Virus record (IMG/VR): IMGVR_UViG_3300045988_085380
Span: 96,001 to 160,000 of that record
Strand: one strand, 5' to 3'
DNA length: 64,000 bases
DNA from: a virus
Shown one piece after another: positions 1 to 9,542 of this stretch. The position numbers and the translations under genes are program-made. The notes under the pieces were generated by a model, which saw nothing but the letters and a program-made list of their open reading frames with translations, did no database searches and was not told the origin of the DNA. Numbering within the stretch: position 1 is the stretch's first letter; the number at the start of each line of letters is the position of its first letter.

Positions 1-713
1 GTGAGAGCATGGTCTAACTTACTAAAGGTACCATTTAAATAAGTATCTTTAAAACAGGTAATCATAGTTCTACTTCTTTTTATAGTAGTGTATAGTCTAG
101 CTGCAAGAGAAGCATTTATCTCACTAAAGCCAATTGAACGTGCCTTCATTAAAGCAGCATTTTTATGTAATACTCTACACATCTGTAAATAATGAAAGAA
201 CATATATTGAGAAGCAAAGAATACTGGAAAACTTTCATTAGTACCTTCACCTGATGCCTTATCCATATCTACTACTGGTAACTAATAAAAATTTAAGAAG
301 AAATAGTTATCTCCAGTAATAGTGTATCCGTGTGAGGTCATACCATATTTACACCTAGTATATTGTTCTTTCCAAAATGCATCCCATCTTTTACTTCTAG
401 GTAAATAAGAACAATATCTGCCAGTTTTTAGAAATGTTTCTCTAACTTCAGTAAACCATGAAGGATCAAAATCTAAACCATGAGTTTCATCTATAGGTCT
501 ATAACCAGTTAATTCGTAAGATAGAGTAGGATCAAAACATTCTATTTTCATATCCTTAGTAATATCCCAATATGTCTTATCATTAGAACGTTCAATTCTA
601 TACTCATCAACTAATTTCTTAGCTTCTTTAGTATCTTCTTCCTACTATTTCTTTTTTACTTCATCTACAATTAACTAGATTTCATCAGGTAATACTTTCT
701 TCTTTCTAGGCAT
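1..713 (-). CDS. terminase large subunit (TerL)-like, N-terminal part; CDS runs off the left edge; TAG read as sense
   Basis: ATG at 713. The frame is open to nt 1 only if the 4 in-frame TAGs (282, 642, 645, 675) are sense; no in-frame TAA/TGA (checked codon by codon). N-terminal segment ...TITGDNYFFLNFYQLP... recalls TerL N-termini (from memory). Confidence 0.55.
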
Positions 714-718
714 ATCAA

Positions 719-1279
719 TTAAAAATCACCTGGGTCATATCCGGTATTAACTCCACCTCTAGTTGTAGACTCTTGTGATACGGACTCTTTAACTTCTTTC
801 TCTAAAGTAATTAATTGCTCATGGACATTACTTAACTAAGCCATCTCCTTCATTACTTTTTCTGCAGAGAAAATAGGTTTACCATTAATATCTCGTTCAT
901 TTAAATCTACAATAGTTTCAAAATAATCTATAAACTAATCTGCTGCCCTTCGAGCTGCTTCCAATAATTTCACAGATTTATTTGATTCTTGTAATTTCCT
1001 ATATTTTCGACAAGCTTCTCTAAATATAGGGTCATTAAACTAAGCTTCTGTCAAACCACTATCAGCTAAAGCTTCTTCATGTCTTTCCTATTCCAAATAA
1101 TTAGAATAAGGAGACTTCCAATCTAAAGCTAAATAAATGTAAGTGAGTTCTTTCATTACTCTAGTCTTAGTTTTCGTTTTATCTCTATCTAGAAGAGCCT
1201 TAAATTCTCTAATTAAAAGAATCTCAGGCTCATTTAACTCTAGAACAAGATGGTCACTATCATAATTAAATACATTCAT
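719..1279 (-). CDS. hypothetical protein, 186 aa, amber-recoded; possible small terminase by position only
   Basis: ATG 1279 to TAA 719; 4 in-frame TAGs, no TAA/TGA (checked). Lies 5 nt upstream of the TerL start. Confidence 0.6.
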
Positions 1280-1308
1280 AAATCATTAACATTAAACATA
1301 TATTTTAA

Positions 1309-2916
1309 TTATCTCTTCTTTTTATAGTTCCAAGGAGCAACTTTGGCGTCATTCTCACCCTTACCTGCACCTGCTTCTTGTCTATTTCTTCTTTGCATTT
1401 CGGCAATTTCCTTAGCTGATTTACCTCTAGTATAAGGATTTCTCTAATAAGACTGTTTTACAGCATCTTGTTCTTTCTTTTTCTTAAAGTTTTTAATAGG
1501 GTCAGATTTTCCTCCATTTTGCATCTTTTTACCTGCACATACTTTACAGATTTCTCCGCCCTTTTTAAAATATACTACTTCTTGACCTTCAGGACACTCT
1601 CCAATAGACTATTTAATATAATCTAGTTTAGCACCGAGTCTTGCTTTACGAGATCCTTTCATTTGTTGAACAATATTTTTTAATAATTGGGCTACTTGAG
1701 CTGCTTGCTAATCACCTTGTTGTGCTACCTACATAATTTTCTAAATAGTCTATTTAGCTTTCTAATCACCCTACATAGCTGCCTAAACTAAAGCTATTGC
1801 CTACTATTCCATTCCCTATTGTCCACTTGCCTATTGTGGCTGTACCATTTGTGCTCCTGCTGCGTATTTATACATTTGTCCTCCCTTTTCAAATTTTAAA
1901 TTAACTAACTAATTATTCTAACTTGGATTATATCCTAAATTAGGTTTAGTTAATTGATACTAACTAGTCTAATTCTGAACAGCATTATTTAACATATTCT
2001 ACTAGATTTTACCATCCCCTATAATTTTACTCACAGATTGAGTATAGTTATCAGTTGTAGGATTATTTAAATATGTTCTTAACTATTTTCTATCTGACCC
2101 TGAATAATCATAAGGATTTATCCCATTTGCTCTCATGCCCTATCTAATATCACCTCTATCAAAATTATGTTTAGTAAGTTCTGAATAGCTATCTAATGGT
2201 CTACTTTCTAAATAATTAGTGACTGCGTTTCCTAAATTAGGAGCTTTATAATTACCGTTATTAATTAAGGTAGATACATTATGAGAATTAGTTATATCAG
2301 TAGTTGAGCCGTTTGGAGTAGATAAAGTTACACTACCATTTCCAACATGAATGCCATACCCAGGAGTTCCTTTAATAGGAGTTGCTTGCTAAGTTGGTGT
2401 AGATGAATTAAACTAGTTACCTCCTCTTTTACTATAAATATTATTTAAATAACTAGCTAAATCTTTATGTTGAGATAAGTAACTTCCTACTTTACTAAAA
2501 TCTCCTGTCTTATAAGCATTTGCTACATCTGCTTGAGATACTCCATTATAATTCCATATTCCTCTACCCTTATTAATCCATGAATTAGATGCAGGAGTTT
2601 TTGGAGCTGACATGGTTCTTGATCTGCCAGTTGTAGAAGATGTACCGGTACGAGATTTACTTGTAGTAGGAGCTTTGGAATTTTTAGTAGCCTATGGTTT
2701 AGTTACATTAGGTTTCCAATTACTTTGACTATAAGGTCTTATTATATAATTCTGATTTCCCTATGTTTGTTCACTAATTCTATTAAAATCTTTACGAGGA
2801 ATCAATTCATCAGAATGATATAAATCTTTTTCTTTAGTACCCGGAGTATAACTTGTATCTACTAAATCTAATTCAACTCTCGGATACACTGGTGTAGTTC
2901 TCCATTTCCATGCCAT
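1309..2916 (-). CDS. hypothetical Q/N-rich protein, 535 aa, amber-recoded
   Basis: ATG 2916 to TAA 1309; 25 in-frame TAGs and no in-frame TAA/TGA (every codon checked). The standard-code ORF 2413..2613 is an internal fragment. Confidence 0.7.
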
Positions 2917-2979
2917 AATTATACAAGTATTAAATTATTCTAGTTAGTTCTATTTATCTAAGTATTCAATTCTCTCTAG

Positions 2980-3636
2980 TTAATCATGCTCTTCTATTTT
3001 AATTGTTTCATTATTAATCCTGTTTGGATATTTTACATAAAAATAATTTCCAAAATTGGGATTTTTTAATCTCTTCTATATAGTATTATACTTAACTCCT
3101 GTTCTTTCTGAAGCTTCTTTTAAAGAATTATAAATAATCCCATCTATACTGATAATAGAATGGTGAGACATACTCTTTCTTTGTTTAGCTGCCTAAGAAA
3201 GTTTTTCTTTATGTTTTTTTGTTAGCGTTCTCCCTCTTTGTCCTTCACTAATATGTTTAGCGTGCTCTTTTGACTTTTTAACGCCTGTAGTAGTTTTGCT
3301 TATCTTCTACTTTGTTTCTTCCGTGTGGTGATAACCTAAAGTACTACCTGCGGCAGGCAAGATATTATATTCAGGTTCTATAATATTTATCCAATACTGC
3401 TCTCTATCAAACAACTAATCTTTAAGATCTTCTGTAATTTCTAGCTCTTCTAAAATTTCGTAATCAAACTATGTTTCTCCATAATCATTCCATGCTTCCT
3501 AAAATCTATAAGAATGGTGTTTATTCTTTCTTAAAGAATTTAAATGCTATAATCTCCTCCTGTTCAAATCTGAAGAACTTCCAATGTAACAATCGCCTGT
3601 TACAGTATTAACAAACCTATAAATCCCTGCTTTCAT
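2980..3636 (-). CDS. GIY-YIG homing endonuclease (I-TevI-like, NUMOD3 repeats plus C-terminal HTH), amber-recoded
   Basis: Translation MKAGIYRFVNTVTGDCYIGSSSDLNRRRLQH...EQYWI...GYHHTEETKQKIS...GRTLTKKHKEKLS...GIIYNSLKEASERTGVKYNTIQKRL; 7 in-frame TAGs; ends in TAA. Confidence 0.85.
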
Positions 3637-3800
3637 CGTCCTATCTCTCTATTACTATTAATTAGGACCAAATCCTTAGTGTTGAATACTGCTTCCTACA
3701 TTAAACCTGAATCAGTAAACCATCTGCATCTCAATCCTTTCATTTCATCTTTAAATAATGCTTGCTCTTTTCTAATAACAAGCATAGCCGGACAATGCAT
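3633..3800 (-). CDS. small hypothetical ORF (55 aa, one in-frame TAG), ATGA-coupled to the GIY-YIG gene
   Basis: ATG 3800; its TGA overlaps the ATG of the downstream gene (cgATGAaa). No motif; overlaps a hairpin. Confidence 0.3.
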
Positions 3801-3852
3801 TTTGTCACGCTAACGCAGACTTACAACATCTCCCGGCTATAGATAAACTTTA

Positions 3853-4458
3853 TTACTTGTTTCCATTACTTTTAATTTGATTCTTTCTTTCTGTTAATTT
3901 CTCATTAACTATTGCCATAATTCGTGATTCATTAACTACTACAAATCCTTGCTTGAAGAATGGAACAGTAGCTTCACTAGCTTTAGTAAAGAATACTACA
4001 TCACCCTCTTTTAAGAACTCACATTTGAATCCAGTTTCAATTACAGTACCAACACGAATAAACTGTTCCAATTCGTGAATTTGACCATCCTCTTCACTCT
4101 TATATTGAGGAGTAAATCCACCTAAGTCAGTAATAATTCCACTTTCTACTGTTATCTTTTGAAAAGGATTTTCATCAAAAGGTTTAATTAATGCATAAGA
4201 ACCCATCGGTAATATCTCTAAACCATTGATGTCTTTTGAGATTTCCTTAGCATAATCTTCAAGTGCCTTATTGTGTTTTTCAAATTTATCTATATATTCA
4301 TCTACTTTAGTATTAAATTTAGATTTCTTCTCATTAGCTAAAATAATATCCGCTCTTTGTCCATTAACTACAATAGGAGTTCCTGTACTTTCCATACCGA
4401 TAAGTGATTGAGCTACTTTCTCTTTTCCATTTAATTCACTTCTAAAATCCATAGTCAT
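3853..4458 (-). CDS. hypothetical protein with GroES/Gp31-like C-terminal domain
   Basis: C-terminal pattern LEILPMGSYALIKPF...ESGIIT...VGTVIETG...LKEGDVVFF...GFVVVNESRIMAIV resembles the Cpn10 fold signature. Confidence 0.4.
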   Translation of the reverse strand: MTMDFRSELNGKEKVAQSLIGMESTGTPIVVNGQRADIILANEKKSKFNTKVDEYIDKFEKHNKALEDYAKEISKDINGLEILPMGSYALIKPFDENPFQKITVESGIITDLGGFTPQYKSEEDGQIHELEQFIRVGTVIETGFKCEFLKEGDVVFFTKASEATVPFFKQGFVVVNESRIMAIVNEKLTERKNQIKSNGNK

Positions 4459-4481
4459 TTACATTTAATTTATGGCAATAA

Positions 4482-4739
4482 TTACCATTTACCTTGTTCA
4501 CAAAATTCATCTTTAATTCTAGTTTTATTATCTAACACACATCCACATAAATCACATAAATCACCAAAGTTAGTATTTAATTTATGGTCACATCTATGAC
4601 ATATATCTAATCTTGTAATAGCTAAATCTTGATGTTTATTCTTAATATTATAATATATGCTTTTTAATATAGTTAATGGCTTAGTTAAAATGCCATGTAA
4701 CCACTTAATTAATATGTTTAATTTCATTCTGCTTCCCAT
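4482..4739 (-). CDS. Cys-rich small protein (zinc-ribbon-like), paralogue of 4724..4945
   Basis: Pattern shared with its neighbour: C..C ... C.LCGCVL..K......C...KW. Confidence 0.55.
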   Translation of the reverse strand: MGSRMKLNILIKWLHGILTKPLTILKSIYYNIKNKHQDLAITRLDICHRCDHKLNTNFGDLCDLCGCVLDNKTRIKDEFCEQGKW

Positions 4740-4945
4740 TTATTACAAGGACAATGTGAGTTTTTATTACTAATCTTAAATTTAAGTACGCATCCGCACC
4801 CCTTTAAATATCCCTTCTTAGGTGTTGTACTTACATCATTATTTTCAGGATTTAAATACAAATGTGCATTACAAATCTCATTTTCTTGGTCACAAATAGG
4901 ACAAGCTCTACATATTTTAGTACGTTTAGTTATATATTCTTCCAT
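4724..4945 (-). CDS. Cys-rich small protein (zinc-ribbon-like), paralogue of 4482..4739
   Basis: CRACPIC...C...GCGCVLKFK...HCPCNKW; 16-nt overlap with the downstream paralogue. Confidence 0.55.
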   Translation of the reverse strand: MEEYITKRTKICRACPICDQENEICNAHLYLNPENNDVSTTPKKGYLKGCGCVLKFKISNKNSHCPCNKWEAE

Positions 4946-5036
4946 ATATTAATTTGTATATTAATTCTTAGTTAATTCCATTATAGTGCTATAAATTAAA
5001 TAAGCTATTAGTAATAATGCTATACATAGTATCATA

Positions 5037-5951
5037 TTAATATTCAATTCGTTTATTCTTTAATCTACGTTCTTGTAGAAGATGTTCCTTTTCATAGTAA
5101 GATAACATACGTTCTACTTCTTTTCTAAGATAAGGTAGATGATAAACAGTCATATTGTCATTATGATCAAAATGTACTAATACTAAGTCTTCTATACTAA
5201 AATCAGGATTATATGATTCAATTATATAAGCATAAGTACTAAGCTGAAGACAATAATGATAATAATTACAATCATCTAAATTATTTAGAGGAAACTTCAT
5301 CTTAACAGAACTTCTTACTTTGGAATCAAAATAGCTCTTAGTATCAATCTTCTTATTCGTTTTCCAGTCTCCGATTATGATAGAATTTCCTTTTTTAACT
5401 AATAAATCAATCTGACCTGCAATATGTAATTTACCAGATGGAGAATCCCAATGAATTAAATACTCAGGATATACTGCATTCTCCAAATCTAAAGTTGTTC
5501 TATCTTTTTGACATTCAAATTTACCTCCTATTTGATATTTATCTAGAGTAATATTCTTTTTCTTGGTGTAAAAGGAATTCTCTAATCCTGCATGTATTTT
5601 AGTACCTCTTTCACAAGACCTTCTATTCTCCTCATCCCAAGAATCTAATATTTCTTGCTGTGCTTTATTAAAATCTAACTCTGTAATATTATGTAACTCT
5701 AACAGAACAGGATCAAATTTCTTAGTATTTAAAAGAGATTTCTTCTCAATCTTAAATTCATCAGCAGGTAATAATTTTTCTAAGGCTTTATACGCTGACC
5801 AAAATTCTTTATCAAATGGCTGACCAAATTGCTCAATCATAGTAGTTACAGAAGTAAACTTAATAGAAGGATCATTAATATCCCAATAACGATGAGCTTT
5901 CTCATTAAAAACTACTGTTCCATTTTGTTTATCAATACTTAAATTTTCCAT
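5037..5951 (-). CDS. PD-(D/E)XK (RecB/Cas4-like) nuclease
   Basis: Motifs GTKIHAGLE, GQIDLLVKKGNSIIIGDWKTNKK, YCLQLSTYAYI (D...D/ExK...QxxxY). Confidence 0.6.
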   Translation of the reverse strand: MENLSIDKQNGTVVFNEKAHRYWDINDPSIKFTSVTTMIEQFGQPFDKEFWSAYKALEKLLPADEFKIEKKSLLNTKKFDPVLLELHNITELDFNKAQQEILDSWDEENRRSCERGTKIHAGLENSFYTKKKNITLDKYQIGGKFECQKDRTTLDLENAVYPEYLIHWDSPSGKLHIAGQIDLLVKKGNSIIIGDWKTNKKIDTKSYFDSKVRSSVKMKFPLNNLDDCNYYHYCLQLSTYAYIIESYNPDFSIEDLVLVHFDHNDNMTVYHLPYLRKEVERMLSYYEKEHLLQERRLKNKRIEY

Positions 5952-6074
5952 ATAACATTAACATTTTACATTTATTTTATATTTATCTAAACTAATTTTT
6001 AACTTTTCAATAATAATATATAATTAGGTGTATAACAAATTAATTAGTAATATAAACTCTTAAATTTAATTAAA

Positions 6075-6791
6075 ATGGAAGATTTAGAAATATTTGGTAT
6101 TCCTTATCTAGCTAAAGGTTCAGGAATACATATTAAAAAGGAAAATAGAGGGAAATTTACTGAGACTAAAAAGAGAACAGGTAAAACTACTGAAGAATTA
6201 ACACATAGTAAAAATCCTCTAACTAGAAAAAGAGCCATATTTGCTTAGAATGCAAAGAAATGGAAACATGAAGATGGTGGTGAAGTACATAAGCCAAATG
6301 GTCATAGATCAATATTAGATAATGGATGGTTTAAAACAAAGGATTTAAAGAATCCTCTTACTTATTAGTAGGGTGGACCTTTTTAGATTAATAACTCATA
6401 GCCTCAAGTGTTATAGAGATATATCTCCTTAGTTAATTAGGGTATTCCACAACAAGCTGCTTTTGATACTTCACATTTATCTATGATAGAAGATGGTAGA
6501 CCTGGAAAATATTATTCATTCGGAAAAAGAGCTTCTAACTTAGGTGGATGGACTAAAAATGCAACTGATAGTCTAACTAATGGAAGATATAAAAATTTAT
6601 AGAATGTCTAGAATTTTGGATAGTTTAAATAGGGATTAAAATAGAAGAACTATAATACAAGACCAGCTTTCTATAATGTAGAAATGAATAGAGGAAGAAA
6701 TAGAGATAAATAGATTATTAATTAGTGGAATAAACAATAGGGTTTAAATCCAATTGCTCAAATATATAATTAGAATATTAACTAGGTATGA
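6075..6791 (+). CDS. hypothetical protein, 238 aa, amber-recoded
   Basis: ATG 6075 to TGA 6789-6791; 17 in-frame TAGs; frame verified across 6360-6440. Confidence 0.65.
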
Positions 6792-6916
6792 AAGATATAA
6801 ATATACAATTGAATGAATTACAAAGATTTTTAGATTTTGTAAATGAGAGAGATAAGCAACTATGGGAAAGATATTTAATTAAATGCACCCAATTAAATGA
6901 CGATATAGAATTATGA
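6788..6916 (+). CDS. small hypothetical protein (42 aa)
   Basis: ATG overlaps the upstream stop (ATGA). Its own stop overlaps the next start. Confidence 0.35.
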   Translation: MKDINIQLNELQRFLDFVNERDKQLWERYLIKCTQLNDDIEL

Positions 6917-7251
6917 AAGTAATCATAAATAATATCTTACCTCCAAAAGGTTTTAAATGTATAAATTTATTTGGTATACTATTCTGTAGAAGAATACTAA
7001 ATAAAATAGATATAAACCATGAAACTATACATACTAAATAGGGATAGGAACTATTGTGGATAGGTTTTTATTTATGGTATATAATAGAATATTTAATTAG
7101 ATTAATTATATACAGAGATACTAAATTAGCTTATAAAAATATCTCTTTTGAAAGAGAAGCTTATTAGAATTAGGGTGATTTAGATTATCTAAGTAATAGA
7201 AAACATTATAGTTGGTTATCTAAGTTAATTAATGAAAGAGTTTTTAATTAA
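6913..7251 (+). CDS. putative small zinc metallopeptidase-like protein (HExxH), amber-recoded
   Basis: ...DINHETIHTKQGQELLW...FEREAYQNQGD...; 4 in-frame TAGs; ends in TAA at 7249. Confidence 0.5.
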
Positions 7252-7441
7252 ATTAGTAACAGCACATACTGGAATAAGTAGTAAAAGAGTATGTGGAATA
7301 TTAGGATGGATAGTTAGTTTAATAATACTTATATACTGTAGTATCCTAACTAAACAAGCACCAGATATGATAGATACAGTTTTATATTGTTGTATGGGAT
7401 TACTAGGTATAGATAGTATAACTAGTATATGGAGAAAATAA
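7232..7441 (+). CDS. small two-TM membrane protein, holin-like
   Basis: 69 aa with two hydrophobic helices (ILGWIVSLIILIYCSIL; VLYCCMGLLGI); follows late genes. Confidence 0.45.
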   Translation: MKEFLIKLVTAHTGISSKRVCGILGWIVSLIILIYCSILTKQAPDMIDTVLYCCMGLLGIDSITSIWRK

Positions 7442-7470
7442 CTAATTATAGTAATTAATAGATACAATAA

Positions 7471-7502
7471 AAGGCGGCTTAGCTTAATTGCTAGGTCGCC
7501 TT
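7471..7502. terminator. bidirectional hairpin between convergent genes
   Basis: AAGGCG...CGCCTT stem with an inner GCTTAGC/GCTAGGT stem; sits between the 7441(+) and 7528(-) gene ends. Confidence 0.6.
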
Positions 7503-7527
7503 AAATATTTTATATTTATAAATTAAA

Positions 7528-7713
7528 TTAGTACCGTACCGATTGTTTATTTAATTCATCTAGATAATTAAGAAACCATTGCTTATCTTTAAATGGTTTT
7601 GCTAGTACTTTATCTACTGTGTCTTCTGCTTTATTTAAAGACAGCATAGCATTTCTATTTAAATAGTCTTCGTAAATATTATAATTTTTAGTCAACTTGT
7701 TCATAACCTTCAT
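7528..7713 (-). CDS. hypothetical protein
   Basis: Intact ORF in the minus-strand gene train. Confidence 0.5.
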   Translation of the reverse strand: MKVMNKLTKNYNIYEDYLNRNAMLSLNKAEDTVDKVLAKPFKDKQWFLNYLDELNKQSVRY

Positions 7714-8008
7714 TTATTATTCTTATATCATTATCATATATACTAGTGTGTGTATAACCAGTTTGCCTATTGACATAATGATGTAAAATTACACTACTAG
7801 TATCATCTACATTATCATCTATTACATAGTTCTTTTTAATTATGTAATCTAAATAATTCTCAGCCTCTTTTAAATCCCCCTCATAATCCTCTTGGAAAAG
7901 AATTTGTATTTTACTATCTAATTTAGACTTTTTCAACTTTTTAAGTTTCTTTTCTAAATTGGTTGTTTTTAAAAGCTTGTCATTTAGTTTATAAATTGCA
8001 ATAATCAT
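7688..8008 (-). CDS. hypothetical protein
   Basis: Intact ORF 26 nt downstream of the suppressor tRNA. Confidence 0.55.
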   Translation of the reverse strand: MIIAIYKLNDKLLKTTNLEKKLKKLKKSKLDSKIQILFQEDYEGDLKEAENYLDYIIKKNYVIDDNVDDTSSVILHHYVNRQTGYTHTSIYDNDIRIINEGYEQVD

Positions 8009-8034
8009 AATACATATCTTTTATAATTAAATTG

Positions 8035-8106
8035 TTCTCTCACAAGGATTCGAACCCTGACTAAAAGATTTAGAGTCTTCTGTGCTAACCATTACACCAT
8101 AAGAGA
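8035..8106 (-). tRNA. amber suppressor tRNA, anticodon CUA, Gln-type body
   Basis: Cloverleaf TCTCTTA-TG-GTGT-AATGGTTA-GCAC-A-GAAGA-CTCTAAA-TCTTT-TAGT-CAGGG-TTCGAAT-CCTTG-TGAGAGA-A. D-arm and T-loop match the phage tRNA-Gln(UUG) at 18775. Confidence 0.85.
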
Positions 8107-8150
8107 ATATTAGCTAGTTATCAAAACTAGCTAAATGTGTATTTAAGTTA

Positions 8151-8549
8151 TTAGTTAAATTTAACTAATTGCTCATTTAAGTATTTAGTTTTATCTGTAA
8201 TGAATTGTCGTGCATGCGCTTTAAAATAAGAAACAGCAGAACGTACAGATTCAATATTTTCTGAATCCAAACAATTCTGAATTCTTTGTAAACCATCATT
8301 ACCAATCTTCTCACAAATGTCTACAAATAATTCATCATCCAAACCATTTAGAAAATCTGTAAACTTCTCTACTTCAGATTGTACTGGATTGGTGTATTTA
8401 ACACTAAGTTCAAAACCATTATCTGAACTATTCATTGAAATATCTAAACCATTTTTATTAAATTTATAATCTTTATTATTTTCAGAAGCTTTCATAAGCT
8501 CTTGAAATTCTTCATTTGTCATTATTCCTTCTAATAAGTTTTCAACCAT
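8151..8549 (-). CDS. hypothetical protein
   Basis: Intact 132-aa ORF; first gene of the minus-strand unit. Confidence 0.55.
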   Translation of the reverse strand: MVENLLEGIMTNEEFQELMKASENNKDYKFNKNGLDISMNSSDNGFELSVKYTNPVQSEVEKFTDFLNGLDDELFVDICEKIGNDGLQRIQNCLDSENIESVRSAVSYFKAHARQFITDKTKYLNEQLVKFN

Positions 8550-8689
8550 ATTAATTAATATTTTAAATTTGTTTTAATTTAGTTCTTTTTTTAATTACAT
8601 TCTACAATAGATTAATTGTTGAAAATATAAAAGTTAAAATAATTTAAAATGCTAATTCTAACATAATATCAGTATTTTATACTAAAGCA

Positions 8690-8942
8690 AAGATGGGGGG
8701 ATAGGTATTACTTATGAAAAATTCACATAGTGATCGTAGCATGGGCTCACTACTCGTTTTAGCCCCCCTGGGCATCGAGTAGGAAAATAAATATTAAAAT
8801 AGCCAGTTATTAGCAACTATTAAAACATAGATATAAATAATTATATCGAATCTGAGCACGTCAAGCTCGTCTGGGGCAGCTGTCAGAGCACCTCATCGTC
8901 GGTCACGCATTCAGTCTGACCTTAAACTACTGAATGATTTTT
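8690..8942 (+). ncRNA. candidate structured RNA (pseudoknot plus terminator-like hairpin); strand uncertain
   Basis: GGGGGG 8695-8700 pairs with CCCCCC 8763-8768, interleaved with CTACTCG 8750-56 / CGAGTAG 8776-82. CATTCAGT 8908-15 pairs with ACTGAATG 8928-35 and is followed by a T-run. GC-rich and ORF-free. Confidence 0.3.
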
Positions 8943-9021
8943 CCCATTTCCAAGAAAATAGGATAGTCTCGTCTACTCCGAAAGAGTGGTCGGCGTAATG
9001 TTGCGCCTAATTCTGATTTAT

Positions 9022-9534
9022 ATGGCTACAGTAATCGTAAACAATGACTCTAAGGTACAGGTTGCAAATGGTGGTGAGAATATGCGTCTCAGAAATTCTA
9101 TGTCCATCGACAACTTGTTGGTGGCATTTCCAGATGGTCTCCCTACAGACTTTATGCTCAAATTCCATAACGATTTGCGCTATCAGCGAAATAGAACAGA
9201 GTGGAGCGATAAGTGCTATTGTGGTCTTGTCCCATTTTACAATGGAGTTGAGCATATAGAGTTCGCAATGCTCCAATGGGACTTGTTGGTCGAGGACATT
9301 GCAACCGTGAATGCTAATGGTGAGTTCGCTGGGTTTGTTACACCTAACGATGAACTACATACTTATGCTCGTTCCACAGCTTCTGCCGACATCACGATAG
9401 AAGCTTGGTTACAAGGAGTTGCAAAGCACTTCAATGATAATGCAAAGGATTACAAGTTCACTAAGCTGAGCTACCTCTGCAAATACGAGAGTCGCTTATA
9501 CACTCGTGTTCTGCTTGGCATTGTCAAGAAGTAA
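9022..9534 (+). CDS. hypothetical protein
   Basis: ATG 9022 preferred over the GTG at 8986; higher-GC ORF; followed by a terminator. Confidence 0.6.
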   Translation: MATVIVNNDSKVQVANGGENMRLRNSMSIDNLLVAFPDGLPTDFMLKFHNDLRYQRNRTEWSDKCYCGLVPFYNGVEHIEFAMLQWDLLVEDIATVNANGEFAGFVTPNDELHTYARSTASADITIEAWLQGVAKHFNDNAKDYKFTKLSYLCKYESRLYTRVLLGIVKK

Positions 9535-9542
9535 AACTCTTA

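Noticed and set aside
7225-7467. Minus-strand 80-aa ORF mirroring 7232..7441(+)
   Set aside because: Both are hydrophobic. The plus-strand ORF continues the plus-strand operon with overlapping start/stop coupling to 6913..7251, so the plus-strand reading is preferred.
8986-9021. GTG start at 8986 for the 9 kb gene, and the nested ORFs 9007..9276(-) and 9044..9259(+)
   Set aside because: The GTG lies inside a structured GC-rich element. ATG 9022 (MATVIVNN...) gives a cleaner start. The nested ORFs have no support.
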